Source: Clostridia bacterium (GTDB taxonomy: Bacteria > Bacillota > Clostridia > UMGS1883 > UMGS1540). From it: DNA of 64,000 bases. Shown here one piece after another: positions 17,401 to 26,500 of this stretch. The notes beneath the pieces are model-generated. The model saw only the letters and a program-made list of their open reading frames with translations. It made no database searches and was not told the DNA's origin. Every line of letters starts with the position of its first letter. The first letter of the stretch is position 1. The DNA lies in the NCBI GenBank assembly GCA_045533905.1, contig JAZSIR010000001.1, forward strand, positions 7,617 to 71,616, written 5' to 3'. The translations under genes were made by a program, and so were the position numbers.

Positions 17401-18507
17401 TTATATTTCTTTCAGTAGCCTGATGGCTTCATCAAGTGAAATTTCTCCGGACTCGCCACGATCTTTAATATCCATAGCCAATGTACTCTGTTCAAGCCAC
17501 TTGGAATAATCCAATCCGCTTGATTTTCGCTTAGCCAATCGATCGTAAGTTCTGTCATATTCTTTTTTTATTGGAGACCTGAATTCATCTGAGTTTTCTT
17601 TTTTGTGAGCACCTACCTTGCTGCATGTCCTGCCTTTCGGATCGTTAGGAGCCACTCTGTTGCAATAGTGGGTATCATGACCTGTTGGCAAAAGAAAAAA
17701 ACGTTTGCAATTATGACATCTTTTCGGTGAGTGTTTAACATTTAATCCTCTGAACAGGTCTGAATTTAAAAAGCCGCCAATAGACCTGAAAATGACTCTT
17801 TCTGCCAATATATAATTTTCTTTGCAATCAGGATCAGGACAAGTGACATATTCAATATTTGCCGGCATTTCTGCTTTAAATGTAATTGCAGGATATTTCG
17901 GGATAAGAGATTCAAGATTTTGCTGTAATTCGCTATTATTCAGAAACTGATATATTGCGTGTGCAAAATGTGCAGGGGTTCTTGCAGTAACATTTTCTAT
18001 ATATAAATCAACAAATGCAGATGCATATATTTTAAAAATCAGTATTTCATCATTGATTGATAACAAGCCTACTAAAATTCTGTTTAATATGCTTCTGCTC
18101 TCGCTTTTGGGATGGGTTTCATATATTTCCCTGAACTCCGATATATATCTTCTTTTATCAAATTCAAAGCGGTCATATAAAGGCAGGCTAAGGATAACAT
18201 CTAATGCCTTGCTTAGATATGGAGCAAAGCCATCAAAACTGCATGATGATATAATCATTAAATTTGATTCGTATTCCCCATATAGTTTTTCTAGAAACGC
18301 TTTCCTTAAATTTGATAATACTGTTTTCAAATTATCAAGCTGTTCGTCAGATAGCTCCAGAATTTCAGTTGAAATCTGACCAAGCGAGACCTTTTCTTTT
18401 CCGATAATGACATAATCTTTATAAAATTGTGCCGTTATATATCCAAAATCAAATGGTTTTTCATCTAAACTTTTTATACTTGCCATATACTCACTTCCAC
18501 GATACAT
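17401..18507 (-). CDS. Hypothetical protein with a C-terminal Cys/His cluster, next to the recombinase module
   Basis: 368-aa ORF; an alternative start MASIKSL is at 18486. Cluster CPDPDC...RCHNCKRFFLLPTGHDTHYCNRV...RTCSKVGAHKK suggests zinc binding. I cannot assign a family with confidence. Confidence 0.5.
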   Translation of the reverse strand: MYRGSEYMASIKSLDEKPFDFGYITAQFYKDYVIIGKEKVSLGQISTEILELSDEQLDNLKTVLSNLRKAFLEKLYGEYESNLMIISSCSFDGFAPYLSKALDVILSLPLYDRFEFDKRRYISEFREIYETHPKSESRSILNRILVGLLSINDEILIFKIYASAFVDLYIENVTARTPAHFAHAIYQFLNNSELQQNLESLIPKYPAITFKAEMPANIEYVTCPDPDCKENYILAERVIFRSIGGFLNSDLFRGLNVKHSPKRCHNCKRFFLLPTGHDTHYCNRVAPNDPKGRTCSKVGAHKKENSDEFRSPIKKEYDRTYDRLAKRKSSGLDYSKWLEQSTLAMDIKDRGESGEISLDEAIRLLKEI

Positions 18508-18549
18508 ATTTTATAATTCCACTACTTTTGAAAATGGCGGCAAAATCGA

Positions 18550-18578
18550 TTGACGCACATCTTGCGATATGTTAGAAT
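18550..18578 (+). promoter_or_regulatory. Sigma-A-type promoter upstream of the recombinase operon
   Basis: TTGACG, 17 nt, TAGAAT, with an extended-10 TGn (tgtTAGAAT). Confidence 0.55.
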
Positions 18579-18794
18579 AGCCACACAACAAATTATACAC
18601 GATACAAATAAAAATGTCAATCGTGGAAATTGAACCTTGAAAACTTAATAGCCGAACCGCAAGGGATACATTCTCGGGGAAGTGTCGCCACGATATGAGC
18701 GCACCAAGAGATGAAAATACGATGTCGGTGTCAAACAAGGCAGGAGGTCAGGAACTGTAGCGGAAGTCGGTGCTAAAATAATTATATGAAGGGA

Positions 18795-18959
18795 ATGATG
18801 TTTATGAAATCTATGAATATAGAGATAGAAAAGGCTGTTGCCAAGGCTATGATTTTAAACCTGTTAAAAGCAAACCTTATAAGCGATGAGGAAGCAAACA
18901 AGCTGATAGATAAAGCCTTTGATGCATTAAGCGAGCCTTTAATAGAAAACTCAGCATAA
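18795..18959 (+). CDS. Small hypothetical ORF (51-54 codons) preceding the recombinases
   Basis: Below the track cutoff. ATG codons at 18795, 18798 and 18804. Peptide MKSMNIEIEKAVAKAMILNLLKANLISDEEANKLIDKAFDALSEPLIENSA, predicted helical. Confidence 0.35.
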   Translation: MMFMKSMNIEIEKAVAKAMILNLLKANLISDEEANKLIDKAFDALSEPLIENSA

Positions 18960-19051
18960 TCTTTTAGTTTTTGTTTAATATTTGTCTGGATATATTAAGT
19001 TATTTGTGGTATTGTTGTCTTGAAAAAAATATGGAAAGGAGTGTGAGGCTG

Positions 19052-20593
19052 ATGTCAGAAGTAATTGTTATCCAAGGAAATCATACAAAAAACGAACCTG
19101 TGTTAAAGCGAGTATCCGCTTATGCCAGAGTAAGCTCTGCTTCAGACGAACAGCAATACTCCTTCCATAATCAGGTTCAGCACTTTACAAGCTTGATACA
19201 GGGAAATCCCGATTGGAAATATGTAGACATATATGCCGATGAAGGTGTAACCGGCACAAGAGAGGACAAACGCAGTGAATTCAACCGAATGATAAGAGAT
19301 GCCGAGGATGGACTGATGGACATTATCATTACAAAATCAGTCTCACGCTTCGGCAGAAATGTTTCAGAGTGCCTAAGAACAGTAAAACATCTCAAGGATA
19401 TTGGAGTTACCGTGATATTCGAAGAGGAAGGTCTTGATTCGGGAAAGCCTGCTGACTTTACAATGATATCTGTAAAAGCAGCAATGGCAGAACAGGAATC
19501 AATCTCTACTGCTGAGAACGGCAGAATGGCAAACCGCCAGAGAATGAAGATGGGTACATTTGTTCAAAGCAATCCTCCAATCGGTTATACATTAAACGGC
19601 ACGGAATTCGAGGTTAACGAGGAACAAGCCGATGTTATCAAACGAATATTTGCCGAATACCTGTCAGGAAGTGGTACAAGCAAAATTGCCGATGGGCTTA
19701 TGAAAGATAAAATTCCCAATAAGTATGGCAAGGTGCATTGGACACCGCAAAGTGTCAGCTATATCATAAATAACCCAAGATACAAAGGCGGTGCCCTGTT
19801 CCAGAAATCCTTTAAGACAGGATTTCCGTATAAGAAAAAGAAGAACACAGGCGAACTGCCGATGTATTATGCAGAGGATGCCAATATCCCCATAGTAAGT
19901 GCAGAAGACTTTGACAAAGCAGCCGAGCTTATGCAGACAAGGCGTGAAAAGCATGCCCAGGAAAACAACGAGAATGCAAGTATCTTTGCAAAGAAGATAT
20001 ATTGCAGGCACTGCGGTTCCACTTATCGATATAAAAATGGTACAGATACATGGGTATGCAGAACACACGATAAAGGCACAGACAAATGTCAGGCAATGCC
20101 TGTAAGCGAAGAAATGCTTAAAAAGGCATTTGTTCAAATGTATAATAAGCTGAAAGCAAATTATGAGCATATCCTTCTCCCGTTCTTAACACAGGTAGAG
20201 GCTATGAAGATAAACAAGGCAGAGCAAGATAGAATTGCTGATATCAACATGCAAATAGCACAGAATACAGAGCAGGTTTTATCGCTCCGAAGACTAAAGA
20301 GTCAGGAGCTGATAGAGCCTGCTTTCTATATTCAGGAGCTTAACCGCTTTGATAAGCAAACAATGGAACTTCGGAAAAAGAAAAATGCCATACTGCACAA
20401 CAACCGATATGATGACATTATCTCAAAGACCAGAAAAATCATAAGAGAAATGGAATCGGCTTGTGCAATAGGCAAATTCGATGCTGATAGCTTCAAAAAT
20501 CTTGTAAGCAGAATTGAAGCAGATAATGAAATAATAACCTTTATCCTCATAAACGGAATGGGGCTTGAGGTTAGCAAAAAGGAGGTGTTATAA
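19052..20593 (+). CDS. Large serine recombinase 1
   Basis: Start MSEVIVIQ follows AAAGGAG; the track ORF is extended upstream. Catalytic motif AYARVSSASDEQ, SVSRFGRN, recombinase domain, zinc ribbon CRHCGS...CRTHDKGTDKC, coiled-coil C-terminus. Confidence 0.9.
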   Translation: MSEVIVIQGNHTKNEPVLKRVSAYARVSSASDEQQYSFHNQVQHFTSLIQGNPDWKYVDIYADEGVTGTREDKRSEFNRMIRDAEDGLMDIIITKSVSRFGRNVSECLRTVKHLKDIGVTVIFEEEGLDSGKPADFTMISVKAAMAEQESISTAENGRMANRQRMKMGTFVQSNPPIGYTLNGTEFEVNEEQADVIKRIFAEYLSGSGTSKIADGLMKDKIPNKYGKVHWTPQSVSYIINNPRYKGGALFQKSFKTGFPYKKKKNTGELPMYYAEDANIPIVSAEDFDKAAELMQTRREKHAQENNENASIFAKKIYCRHCGSTYRYKNGTDTWVCRTHDKGTDKCQAMPVSEEMLKKAFVQMYNKLKANYEHILLPFLTQVEAMKINKAEQDRIADINMQIAQNTEQVLSLRRLKSQELIEPAFYIQELNRFDKQTMELRKKKNAILHNNRYDDIISKTRKIIREMESACAIGKFDADSFKNLVSRIEADNEIITFILINGMGLEVSKKEVL

Positions 20594-21457
20594 ATGGCAA
20601 ACCGTTACCTTGCATTCGGCTACAAAATAGCTGACGGCAAACTTTGTGTTGAAGAAACTGAGGCAGAACTTGTAAAGGCGACCTTTACACTGTATGCGGC
20701 AGGAAAATCCTACAGCCAAATTGCTGAAAGATTTACCTTAAGCGGAATCAGATACAACATTGATTTTGACAAATGGAATAAAAATATGGTAAAGCGGATA
20801 ATTGAAAACGATAAATATATCGGCAGGAACGGTTATCCGCAAATCATAGAAGAAAAGCTCTATAACAAGGCGAACAAGACAAGAATTTCAAAAGTCATAA
20901 ATAAACCGCCTGAAAAAGCAGAGCTTGACAACTTCCTTCGGTCTCATTCGGAATGCCCGGTTTGCAGCTCCCCGATAAAAAGGCAGAATCAATGCTACGG
21001 CGAGAATAGGTCTGTGGCATATAAATGTACCAATTCTGTATGCCCGGCGAAATCTGTTAAAGAGAATCGACTTGTAAATCTCATAACGGAATTGCTTAAC
21101 GAAATTGCAAATGATTTAAGTCTTGCAGATGAACCTGTTATAACCGCAATTCCCGATGATGAACTGACAGACGATATGGCAAACGATATCTACATAAAAA
21201 TGCTGACGGAATACGATAAGGATGAAGTGCTTGCAGACATATATGAGCTTGCAAAATTCAAATTCCGAAACAGTATCAAAACAGATATGAGTGCAGTTAC
21301 AGAAAGAATAAAAAAAGAGCTTTGCAAGTATGGGATACTTACAGAGCCTCATCTTCCGCTTATGCAGAAAATTATATCAAAATTCTATGTAGGCGGTCAG
21401 GAAGAGCTTTCTATACTGCTTACCAATGGAAAATTAATAACAAGGAGTGTGAATTAA
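20594..21457 (+). CDS. Serine-recombinase-family protein lacking the catalytic resolvase domain (recombinase domain plus zinc ribbon only)
   Basis: Starts one nt after the stop of recombinase 1. Begins at the recombinase-domain block LAFGYKIADGKLCVEETEAELVKATFTLYAAGKSYSQIAERF. Zinc ribbon CPVCSS...YKCTNSVCPAK. No YxRVS nucleophile motif. Confidence 0.75.
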   Translation: MANRYLAFGYKIADGKLCVEETEAELVKATFTLYAAGKSYSQIAERFTLSGIRYNIDFDKWNKNMVKRIIENDKYIGRNGYPQIIEEKLYNKANKTRISKVINKPPEKAELDNFLRSHSECPVCSSPIKRQNQCYGENRSVAYKCTNSVCPAKSVKENRLVNLITELLNEIANDLSLADEPVITAIPDDELTDDMANDIYIKMLTEYDKDEVLADIYELAKFKFRNSIKTDMSAVTERIKKELCKYGILTEPHLPLMQKIISKFYVGGQEELSILLTNGKLITRSVN

Positions 21458-21459
21458 AG

Positions 21460-23064
21460 ATGGCAAATGTAATCGAAATACCTGCAACAAAATCATATTT
21501 CGGGCATAGTGCAAAGCGAGTCCTGAATGTGGGTGCTTATGCGAGAGTCAGCACCGAGGCGGAGCAACAAGCAAAAAGCTTTGAAACTCAGGTTGAACAC
21601 TATACCAAACTGATCAAAGAAACTACCGGTTGGAAATTTGTAGATGTATATGGCGATGAAGGTATCAGCGGAACCTCTATATACAACCGACCAGAGTTTC
21701 AGAGAATGATGAATGATTGCAGAAAAGGCAGGCTGGACTTAATAATAATTAAATCAGTATCAAGATTCGGCAGAAATTCCGCCGAGAGCTTACAATGTAT
21801 CAGAGAACTTAAGGATTTAGGTGTCGGAGTAATATTTGAAAAGGAAGGTATCAATACCCTCAACTATACGACCGAGATGTTCATTGCACTGCATACCATA
21901 TTCGCTCAATCCGAAAGTGAGTCGATGAGTGAAAATATAAAAATGGGCAGAAGTTACAGATACCGTGAGGGTAAGTGCTGCTATAACTTTAACGGAGTAT
22001 ACGGCTTCAGTCAGGACGATGAAAAAAACATATCAGTGGAAATCGGCAAAGCAATCAATGTCAGGTTCATCTTCGACTGCTTCATAAAAGGTATGAGCAT
22101 AGAACAAATTGTCAATGCACTTGCCGAAAGAGAAATCCCCTCTCCGAGAGGTAAAGAAAGATGGTCGCCCGGCTCAGTGGAAAGAATACTTAAGAATGAA
22201 AAATATGCAGGTGATGTTCTGACCTCAAAGACATTAACTCTTGATCCAATCTCAAAGAAAAAGGTAAAGAACACAGGTCAGGCTCCGCAGTATTATATCA
22301 GAGACCATCATCCGCCAATCGTAGAACGAGAACTGTTCGACAGTGTACAAGAGGAAATTAGCCGACGTGGATGTATCAAAAAGTTTGATAAAAAACAAAG
22401 CTATGGAAAATACAGCGGGAAATTTCCTTACAATGACTTAATATTCTGTGGTGAGTGCGGTGCCAAATACAGACGAACAGAATGGAAAACCCGTAGCGGT
22501 GATAAGAAATATGTGTGGCGATGCCTGAACAGAATTCAGAACGGACAAGATTGCTGTAAGAATTCTCCTTCCATCAACAATAACTTTATGAATGAGGTTA
22601 CGCTCGAAGCTATCAATGCGATATACACAAGTAGAAAAAGAGTAAAGGACATATTAAAAAGCTCAATCGCCTCTCTACTCGGGGATACCGAACAGCCAAA
22701 GATAAGTGCAAATATGGAAAAGCTTAATCTAATGAGCGACAGAATGCGTGAGGCTATATACCAAAATGCTAACGGTGAAATATCAACGGACGAGCTTGAC
22801 AGAATATGTCTGGAAGTAAAGATGGAATCGCAAAGACTGCGTCAAGAGAATAAGGAATATGAGATGGAGAGAAAGATGAAATCAACCGAGTCATCTAAGC
22901 TGAAGCTTATCTTCAAAGCCATTGATGGTATGGAAGATAAGGTGAGCGAGATTGATACACCTCTCATTCGAAGCATCATCGAAAGATACGAGGTTGTGTC
23001 AAAGAAAAAGATGATCATATGGTTCATCGGCGACATACCTTATGAGGTTGACCTACCGAAATAA
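21460..23064 (+). CDS. Large serine recombinase 2 (third gene of the trio)
   Basis: Start MANVIEIP follows AGGAG. Catalytic AYARVSTEAEQQ, SVSRFGRN, zinc ribbon CGECGAKY...WRCLNRIQNGQDCC, coiled-coil tail. Confidence 0.9.
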   Translation: MANVIEIPATKSYFGHSAKRVLNVGAYARVSTEAEQQAKSFETQVEHYTKLIKETTGWKFVDVYGDEGISGTSIYNRPEFQRMMNDCRKGRLDLIIIKSVSRFGRNSAESLQCIRELKDLGVGVIFEKEGINTLNYTTEMFIALHTIFAQSESESMSENIKMGRSYRYREGKCCYNFNGVYGFSQDDEKNISVEIGKAINVRFIFDCFIKGMSIEQIVNALAEREIPSPRGKERWSPGSVERILKNEKYAGDVLTSKTLTLDPISKKKVKNTGQAPQYYIRDHHPPIVERELFDSVQEEISRRGCIKKFDKKQSYGKYSGKFPYNDLIFCGECGAKYRRTEWKTRSGDKKYVWRCLNRIQNGQDCCKNSPSINNNFMNEVTLEAINAIYTSRKRVKDILKSSIASLLGDTEQPKISANMEKLNLMSDRMREAIYQNANGEISTDELDRICLEVKMESQRLRQENKEYEMERKMKSTESSKLKLIFKAIDGMEDKVSEIDTPLIRSIIERYEVVSKKKMIIWFIGDIPYEVDLPK

Positions 23065-23101
23065 CGGCAGGTCCTTTTTACAAGAAATTTTCAAAAAGGC
23101 C

Positions 23102-23130
23102 TTGTAAAAAATATAGTTTTATGGTAGAAT
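23102..23130 (+). promoter_or_regulatory. Outward-facing promoter-like element downstream of the recombinases
   Basis: TTGTAA, 17 nt, TAGAAT, with TGn (tggTAGAAT). It overlaps an inverted repeat, so it may instead be part of a terminator or att structure. Confidence 0.3.
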
Positions 23131-23246
23131 AAATCTTGTAAAAGAGATTTATTCTGCCTTTGGAATTGATAAGGGTAAAACCTTGAAACCCGCTTGAAAT
23201 CAAGCAAAAATTAATGTGGCAGTAAAATCATATCGTTCTTACACGT

Positions 23247-23275
23247 CGGAGCAAAGTACGCTTTGCTCCGTTTTT
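23247..23275 (+). terminator. Rho-independent terminator
   Basis: CGGAGCAAAG-tacg-CTTTGCTCCG followed by TTTTT. Confidence 0.65.
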
Positions 23276-23437
23276 CTTTTATAAGAAAAACATTCGCCTA
23301 CTTCCTCTCCCCTCCTTTTCGCAAAAGGTCACGTTCAAGTCGGCTATTCGCTTGTAAACGCGCTCATAACGCCTTTTTTCACTACCAACCTTTTGCGAGT
23401 GTGCCTTCGGCACGATCTGTATTGTTATGTATAAAAA

Positions 23438-23467
23438 GGGCAGATTTTATAGAAATCTGCCCTTTTT
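23438..23467 (-). terminator. Bidirectional hairpin terminator directly after the stop at 23469
   Basis: AAAAA-GGGCAGATTT-tatag-AAATCTGCCC-TTTTT. Confidence 0.65.
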
Positions 23468-23507
23468 CTTATTTTTCTATTTGCTTTTTCACAAGGCTTT
23501 CGTCCCA
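23461..23507. repeat. Direct repeat copy A: imperfect duplicate of the acyl-CoA synthetase 3' end (candidate att/integration-site sequence)
   Basis: On the minus strand, GAAAGCCTTGTGAAAAAGCAAATAGAAAAATAAgaaaaagg compares with copy B GAAAGCCTCGTAAAAAAGCAAATCGAGAAATAAgaaaagg. There are 4 substitutions, all synonymous, and 1 indel. Confidence 0.8.
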
Positions 23508-26500
23508 TCCATATTCTTTAATATATGTATCTGCCTCTTTTAGGGCCTTTTTGTCTGTGTAGGCATCATACGAGAAGATACCGTCCTCGACCATTTTCTC
23601 AATCGTCGGTAGCGCTTCGTCAGGGGTTGCCTTGGCTTCAAGGATTGTGCGAACGGTCTGCGATACTTTCTTGTTTTTTCCTGTTTTCTGAGGCACTTGT
23701 ATGTCTCTGTGCGGTTTTTCTCCGCTTGGGATTGCGCCGTACCTTTCTATAAGCTCGTTGTAAAGTTCAGTACTTACGTGCCCTTTCTCTACATACTTTG
23801 CCAACTTGCGTTTGGCGGCCTCGTCCCCTTTTTGCAAGCCTTGAATGGTGGCAACATATTCCCTCTCCGAGAGCATGCCTTTGAGAGAAAAATCACTCTT
23901 GACTTTTTGTTCGGGATGTGCTACACTCTTGTTAAGGTCAGCACTTGTGTGCCCTGCCTCAGCATCTGTATTGATGCTTGCAGGGAAAGTGTTGGCCGTT
24001 TCTTTTTCCCAAACCCTGTGCACCCAGAATTTGTTTTTCTGCGGTGATTTTTTAATATCTAGGCGGATGGTAACGTCTTTTCCGTCGACCTCCAGCGTAT
24101 GCTCGATGTACGCAAATTTTTTATTATCGCTGTTTCCGTATTGGTTTTGAACATTATCAGCAACAAGACGTCCTTTCTCGATGATTTCTGGTAATCTCCT
24201 TATCGTAGCAAGCTTTGTAATTTTCTTATTCTTACCGAGACGTGCATAATTTTTCAAATTAAATGTCTCGTCGATTCCGCTTTTATTTGTTTCAATAATC
24301 ATACCGGAATCTTCGTTGACGTCTACTCTTTTTCGCTTCTCGGTATCTGTAAAAAAGTTTTCCCCGAGAAGAGTTTTTAGCACTTGTCTTTGCACGTGAA
24401 TGTAATCCCCAGGCGCGTCAATCCCAAAACTTTCAAAGGTGCTTTTAACAAACTCGTCCGAATAGTTGCTCTCACGCCTCGCGGGGACGCTTTCAACCGC
24501 TTTTATATAGTCGGAGTCTTTGAGAGAAAAATCACTCTTGACAATTTTTTGGGGGTGTGATATATTATCCCTAGAGTAGTTCTCTTTAACGTCTTGGACG
24601 TACGCCTTGCGGATTTCATGCAAATCAGCGAGATATTGAGAACTACTCTGTTTTTTATGTATAGCATCAATCAAGCCATACAGGTTTGGAATACTATCTA
24701 TCCCCGTTTTTACCATTTGCTTGTTAATAAGAAGTTTTTCTCTGTTATATTCCGTTGTTATTGCTTCGACATAATAAATCACATCACCCGGCATTACTTT
24801 TACATAAATCAAACCCGGATCACCATTTGCGTTTGTTTTGTAAAATACTTTATCGTAATTTTCAACAATATACGGAATTAGCTCAACATCTGCTTCGGTA
24901 ACAGGGTATTTTTCATTTGTTTTTTTGCCGTGGGAGTTCTTGATATGCCGAATATCATTATCGCGCAACGCATGAGAATAACCCGATATATCCACATCAG
25001 AAGATACTTCATTTATCAAATCCCTTCCAACCTTTAGGAATTTAATGTAAGATTTTTCATTATCGTTTAGATAGGCTTTTTCTATGTACCGGTTGATGTC
25101 AGATTGCGTAACCTCAAAATCAAACACTTTATCCGCATATCCTAATGTCTTCAAGGAAAAGTCCACACCGCCCTCTGGAGCGGTGTTCTTTTGTCCGTCT
25201 ATTCTCTTGAGTGAATAGCTCTTTTCTTCCGATTCTCTGAAGAGATTTTCGAGGACATTTCTAAAAGCTCGGCTTCCGTTGCGTTGGGATTGTCTCGGCA
25301 AAACTCCAACATTTTGATTGTGTCTTCCGCCTCCCAGGTTTCGAAGATTATTTTGACTACTGTTGACATTTTGCAACCAACTTCCTTGAGATACCCTTTG
25401 AGCAAAACTTGGTTTTCCGTTAATACCCTTGCCATCTTCTTCGTCCTCCAATAAATCAATTAAAATATCTAATTCAAAGCTTCCGTCATCGCCTTTTCTT
25501 TCGTAGAGGATTGTAGGATGTTCTGGGGTTTCCGTGCTGTATATGGCAAACAAAGCTTCTCCGTCAATTCTGCCTTTATACCAACATCCAACCGTATCTG
25601 CGATTCTTTTAGGTTCGTGATTCTCAACCTGCCGAATCCAGTCTTCCAGCATTTTGAACTGCGTTGCGTTCAAATCTGTGCGCCATTTTAACGAATAGCT
25701 TGTATTTCCATTATACTCCGCTCCCATGTTTTTTTCAAGAGTATCGGAGGAATTCTCTTTTTTGAGAGAAATTTCATTCTTGACAGAATTTGAATTTTGT
25801 GGTATATTGTCATTAGAAACACTATCCCGTGTAGCCTGTCTTTCGGCAGGCAATCTGGTCATTCTTTCGAGAAGACCAATCTCGGCGGTAGTGTTTTCTT
25901 CAATCCCAACAATATCGTATAGGTATTTGTTGCCATCAGAAGCATTCCTAATCAACAGCTCGACATCAAAAGCTCGTACCTTTGTTATCTTTCCTCGATT
26001 ATCTTTTATCGGGAAAGCAAAGGAATTAGCATAACGATACATACCATACTTCGCATCCTTATTATGTGTGTGCTGCGTCTTTTCCCACCTGCGATTCGTA
26101 GCTGTTTCTATCAATTCTCCAAAGCCGTCAACAGCTTTATTTTTACCTCTTGCGGCGGTGCGATTAACCCTACGGAGAAAAGTGGTGTACTTCGAATGCG
26201 TGTACTCTTGCGGCAAATCCTCGCCAATGTAGACCTTCTGCCCACTTTCTATAATCGTATAAACTTCGCCTATATGTTGTGCAATGTAGCCTGCAACAGC
26301 TTGATGGCTGTTTAATTGCTTGTTGGTCAGTCCACTTTCTTCAATCCATACAAAGCTCTTGCCATCAACATTTTTCAAGCTAAAGTCTACGCCGTCCTCT
26401 GTGTCGGTGTTTTTTTGTGCCTCTGCGGTCTGTTTAGTATGAGCCTTTGCTTCCACCGCCTTTTTGTTTTCCACAGCCTTTGCGACAGCAGTCTCAAACA

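Larger units (their letters stand above)
17401..23460. mobile_element. Recombination module of an integrative element. The left boundary was not identified, and the element may extend leftwards beyond the window.
   Basis: Three tandem serine-recombinase-family genes ending about 400 bp from a duplicated copy of the target-gene 3' end (23461-23507). AT-rich relative to the chromosome on the right. Confidence 0.55.

Noticed and set aside
18971-21459. N-terminal extensions of the recombinase ORFs in the track (18971 and 21322 starts)
   Set aside because: The extensions lack an RBS, one overlaps the preceding gene, and the conserved recombinase N-termini begin at the internal ATGs preceded by AGGAG.
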